In this document: in pieces, positions 59,701-64,000 of the stretch | How the letters are laid out: each line of letters begins with the position of its first letter | Position numbering within the stretch: the first letter of the stretch is position 1 | NCBI GenBank assembly: GCA_030141605.1 | Contig: JAQGDQ010000113.1 | Location: 124,001-188,000 of the forward strand | Reading direction: 5' to 3' | DNA from: Tubiluchus corallicola | Taxonomy: Eukaryota; Animalia; Priapulida | DNA: 64,000 nucleotides | Notes under the pieces: model-generated | The model's database searches: none | The model's input: the letters and a program-made list of their open reading frames with translations, nothing else | Told to the model about the DNA's origin: nothing | Translations under genes and position numbers: made by a program

Positions 59701-62700
59701 ATTTTTTCAAACTTTACTCAGATTATCTAAACTTGTTTCAAATGGCCTATCGTCAAAATGGTCATCGCGGGACATTACATATTTTATATAGCGTTACTGC
59801 CGACGCAGACCTGTGTGCAAAAATGCAGTAAGTAAGTGGTATGAAATTTCAGATGATTTTTTAAGCTTCATGTAAGTGAACGGTTTTCTTGTGCTTTAAG
59901 GTGTTATACTTCACCTCTGTTTGACAGGCTGAGTCTTGCCTGTCGTGACCAACTAAATAGATTTGACAAAATATCGAGCATTAATGTTTTGTTAATGTTT
60001 ATAAAAAATATCAGGCAGCAATGTCACATTTCGTCAGTGCTTTGTTAATCATTAAAAAAATTTGTAAATACTTAAACGAGTAATTAAGCTAACTACAGTA
60101 TATTTATAGAAAACATTCTCTATTTTCTGAGGCGAATTTATGATACTAACTCAAATAAAAAAATAGACAGGATAATATCAAACTGTTTGGTAGTGCAAGT
60201 TTAATCAGCAAAAAACAGACTTTCTACGTACCATTTCTGAGATAATGTTCTACCTCGAGAAGATCACCTACGTCAATTATGTTTCCTTGCTGAAAAAATA
60301 AACTAGTCACACACTACTATTCCAATAACACAAGAAATTAAATAACCCGAACAAAAATATTAAATCAATACGAGGCCATCAACGCCTGCAGTTTTTTTAT
60401 ACTATATGAATAAAAGGTAATAACAATAACAACATTTTTTACAAATATGTGTGTGTGTGCGTGTGCGTGCGCGCGCTTGTGTGTGTATGTATGCCAATAT
60501 GCTACAGGGTACACCCAAGAGTGATATAACATAACAACCAGCATGACCCCTGGAAGACTTTAGGCTAATGTCAATAATTTAGGTCACTACCCCTTCCCAA
60601 TATGGCGGCCAAAATGGCTCGCGCTTTCTGCACGGTCCATGCTGTAGCAACAACTAGCATGGTCCTGGGACGGTTTTAGGCTGATGTCAATTTACGGCAC
60701 GACCCCAATATAGCTGCCAAATTGACGTCGTAATCGGAATAGCACTTTTACTATACTTTACTATACTAGACTCTACTATATATAGTCTCAGAGATGTACT
60801 ATAACAACCATACAAAAGGAAGGTTTCAGGTTGATGCCAACTTAGGATATCGCTCCCTTTCTAATACGGCTGCCAGAATGGCGCGTCCTTTGTGCACGCC
60901 ACATACTACAGCATGCTCCCAAATGTGGTGTGCAATAACAACCACAACGGCCCCTGAATTTTTTTGACTATTGTCAATTTGGGCCACTGCCTCCCAAAAC
61001 ACCGTTACCAAAGTATTGCTTTTAGGGCTCTCAACGCAAAATAGCGCGCTAGGTGTCCTTTTAATGAAACAAAATATTATTATCTTGTAATCCATTCTTC
61101 GAGAGAATCGCTCAGCGGCAATGAACTCTTGCATATGCCCACGGGTCGGTCATCCCACAAATAGACATTATGCTGTTTTAACTTTATAGATCATACCAAA
61201 CCAGCCCCGGGTGAAGTCGGTTATTTCAGTTAGTGTTAACTACTTTAAGGGCCACGAATACAGGTTGTATAAACTGGAGTTACAAAGGCTAAATTTTCAA
61301 CAATGCTGTGCAAAGTTACGTTGTATGAAAAAATGACCTGTAACAGAAAAGGGCTGTACAAGCCATTACCACAACTCAGGCTTAAATTAAGCAATTATGG
61401 TGATAATAATGTAGGCGTAATAATAATGCATTCATAGGCAGTAAAATTGTGTAAAAACGTAAATCACAATAAAAACATTTTATGATAATGACAAATAATT
61501 AATGATAATAAAAATAATAATCAAAACGCGTTTCAATATTGTTTGAGACAGGCTAATATGAGGTAGTGAACCATCAGAGATTGCCACAAATGCAGCAAAC
61601 AAAACGTAACTGATACGTACCTTTCGAAGAGCAATACTTAAAGCGCCTAGAGCTTGCTGGCGGCTAATGGACGAATCTCCGAAATAGGTCTGTCGAAGAG
61701 CTTCTTGTGCCCAGATTACAGCTTGATGATACTTTTTCAATTCAACAGCTAATCTCGAGAGAACCAGGGAATCGGTTGCTAGAAGTGAAACGTACACAAA
61801 ATTGCAACAATTGTTTATAAATTTATAATACTTTAGTATAAGAATAAGATAGTGTAACCTATTCGGTCACCTAATCAGCCTGCTATAGAGAAAAATTTAG
61901 AAAGCTAGTAGCAGGGGTCAATTGATAGCAGATTCCACTCTCCGTTGACACAGTAAATATGATAGCGCGGAAATTAACGTAGTATGTTGTGGAATATTTG
62001 TGTCCTTTATAAAACAAAAATCAAACCACATTGATATTGCCACCAACAAGTTCAAACTTCCCTTACGAACTGCTGGCGCTATGGTCACCACATATGTACA
62101 TTGCCACGCCCTTTGTTTAATGCGAAGCTGCATAGGTTAAAGATATCAGGGTCTGGTATTATGGCAGTCACGTGTAACTCATCTCCTACGCTATTCTGCA
62201 GTTTATATAATTGTTTTTTCTATCACAACAATAAGTTTTTTATTATCATTATTATAACCAAAATATTAGAATTACAGCACAGCATAAAATTACAAAATAT
62301 AATTTTTTTAAAAGAATAAGCAAGGTACAACAATACAGAGACACTATTCAATTTATTGGGCTGAATTTCAAAAATATTCGAGTTTGTCCTTTCGAAAACA
62401 AAAGGACGTCTTGTTTGTTCATACATTTCTTCATAAACTATCTCTATCTGGTGCAGTTGCGAAAACGAAGCACTATAGCACTCTTACAAGATACATAAGC
62501 GAAATAAATTAAAATGACTCTAAACTTGTGTTTGGAAATGAAATAAATTAATCACATTAAATAATTAATTAATTTAATTTAAGAATTAAAATTAAATAAT
62601 ATTTCACTTTTGTTTTCGTAACTGCACTACATTAAGGATGAGGTTGTACCTTGTAAGGTGTGGTTAACATTGTAATTGCCAAGTGTTCCTAGGACAATAT

Positions 62701-62811
62701 CACTTGATGAAATATTGTAAGTATTTTGCAGTCGTAGTAGAGCATTAGCAGCATTCTTCGTATCATCCAAAGTGGGCAGCTGATGCTTCAACATTCCGCT
62801 AACACGTGACT
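51246..62811 (-). CDS. P4HA: Prolyl 4-hydroxylase alpha subunit (collagen P4H type), 5'-incomplete, 10 exons in the window
   Basis: Exons: 62811-62650 (LPTLDDTKNAANALLRLQNTYNI), 61778-61621, 60289-60232, 59025-58874 (YEKVCRGE), 57883-57713 (LRC..HPYLIYAPYKREQFSINP..FYEVITDAEIE), 56936-56863 (RTSK), 56587-56425 (AWI..QLCNYGIGGHYEPHFD), 54742-54659 (NRIATFMFY), 52668-52503 (LSDVKSGGGTSF..KGSAAFWY..HAGCPVLLGTKW), 51316-51246 (ANVWIHELAQTFTRPC..stop). The Fe-binding HxD...H triad and the 2-oxoglutarate-binding Lys are present, and splice phases are consistent. Confidence 0.93.
52360..52550. repeat. Tandem duplication (about 94 bp x2) spanning the 3' end of a P4HA catalytic exon and its donor site
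   Basis: taacacaggatcta...gccgaagttttgtgaaaa...ccccatttagtgcctaaaagcact..acagccggcgtgctctgt.agtt occurs twice, head to tail. Confidence 0.93.
53235..53665 (+). mobile_element. Degenerate CR1/L2-like LINE reverse transcriptase fragment
   Basis: Translations IKLFGVKFDSDLNFTEHLKDISKK, NKLEEIQYRAL and FKAINGQSPNYIQKLF..RVRTMKYGLN, interrupted by stops and frameshifts. Confidence 0.75.
54440..54650. repeat. Degenerate ~28-30-bp tandem repeat
   Basis: Units such as tacagtagtcactatgagacaat, tacagtagtaactatgagacaat and tgcagtattcactgcgagacact. Confidence 0.6.
56654..56759. repeat. (GA)n microsatellite
   Basis: Directly visible. Confidence 0.95.
57193..57689. repeat. Compound pentanucleotide microsatellite (TCTTG)n-(CCTTG)n-(TCTCA)n
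   Basis: Directly visible; it abuts the donor of P4HA exon 57883-57713. Confidence 0.97.
60530..60890. repeat. Three diverged ~115-150-bp repeats with AATATGGCGGCCAAAATGGC-type motif (probably transposon-internal)
   Basis: Units start with aacaacc/aacaact near 60533, 60649 and 60803. Each contains aggctaatgtcaa-like and aatatggcggccaaaatggc-like blocks. Confidence 0.55.
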
Positions 62812-63099
62812 CTGAAACATGTTTAGTCATCCGTCAGATATACAATCGGTCAATCAGTCCTTCAAACCGTTAAGTAGACAAGTGCCAGAGACTATTATTA
62901 TCCCACTTTTTAATGTGTTTATTATCAACTTATAACTTATAACATGATTCTTGTGTATTTTCTTTAAAAAATTGCTGGTCATTGCACAAAGTAGTAGGGC
63001 ATTATTAGCTTTCGCTCTAAAATTATATCAAATTTTTACTATTTTATTACAGAAATAATTTCTGAAACACTCAAGTCTCCAGTCTCCTAGACTTAAACT

Positions 63100-63820
63100 A
63101 AGTCCCCTCGTATATGTCAATGGTATCTACTAAAAAACAATTGTCTGTCAATTGTATTTTCACAAACACATTGTGTGGTCAGAAAACAATGAAACAACAC
63201 ATAAACGGAGCAATCAGAATGAAATCCAGTTGGAGTATTTTACATTTCGGCCTCTACCCCTACTTCCAAAATGGACGCAGCCAGGTAAGCAAGTTGTAAC
63301 TATCTCGTTTCTCCTAATTAAGAAAGGAAAAGTACAATAAACAATGGAGACATTATACGCAGTCATGATGTACATAATTTGTACAGAAACCTGTACATTT
63401 AGGTATGACTGCAATGAATCTGGTATGTCTACCACCTGCAGATACCCGCAATTTATACATGTACAAAGAGCGGCGGCATATAGTATTCGGTACCAAGTAT
63501 TGTCTGACATTCAAATCAATTGTTTGTAACATTAAAAATGAGTGACAGGTTTTATAAATCGCATTTTGCGTTTCAGTTATTGTAAACAGACATTATTTTA
63601 GTGAATTGATTTCGCGTGCATTGTCTTTTGTATATAATTATGTAAATAGTGTGTCCTCCTGTATGTGTGCTTTTTTGTAGTTGTATACTCTGCTTTATTG
63701 TAATTTCAGTAATTTAGTCATATGTTTTAATGTGTAGCCTTAATGACTTATATATATTTTAATTTCCTTATATATCAGCTTATATAAATCTGAAATAAAA
63801 GTGTGTATTGAATTGAACTG
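63100..63820 (+). mobile_element. Highly degraded LINE 3' end
   Basis: RAAAYSIRYQ...SICNIKN-like terminal residues, followed by an AT-rich UTR, AATAAA and an attgaattgaa tail. Confidence 0.4.
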
Positions 63821-64000
63821 TACATAACCTATATATCTAAATCCACTTTCAAAACGATGCAGTTCATACAGGACAAACAATTATTTTACAAACTCTAACA
63901 AAACAGGAACAAGTAAAATTTAAATAGTAATTTCTGGTGTTGCAGAAAATAGGCAATTATTGTTTATCGTTCACTGAATTCATTATTACACAGAGTCGCA

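Noticed and set aside
63214-63510. ORF MSDNTWYRILYAAALC... as the P4HA signal-peptide exon
   Set aside because: Its best donor (63390) is phase 0 while exon 62811 needs phase 1. It lacks P4HA N-terminal motifs, and the opposite strand looks like a decayed LINE 3' end.

Overview
This is AT-rich, intron-rich animal (invertebrate-type) genomic DNA, not prokaryotic, so most entries in the ORF track are artefacts. I assembled four spliced genes by hand, checking splice phase and reading frame. (1) A complete 16-exon DUF389-type multi-pass membrane protein gene on + (4978-23452, 778 aa). (2) A secreted protein gene on - with a signal peptide and four ShKT (ShK toxin-like) domains (37536-29500, 213 aa), followed by a dead duplicate of its last exon. 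(3) A paralogous secreted ShKT gene on - (48602 to 44366 or 43872) whose 3' end is unresolved. (4) The 3' ten exons of a collagen-type prolyl 4-hydroxylase alpha gene on - (62811-51246; the 5' end lies beyond the window). The most notable structure is a co-oriented P4H + ShKT cluster built from one-domain-per-exon phase-1 cassettes with two related signal-peptide exons. Also notable: three GC-AG introns among about 31, a solo LTR carrying heat-shock-element-like arrays just upstream of the DUF389 gene, an 82-nt near-perfect intronic palindrome, and a tandem duplication of a P4H catalytic exon end. The rest is LINE and DNA-transposon debris plus micro- and minisatellites. All family assignments come from motif recognition, not database searches.
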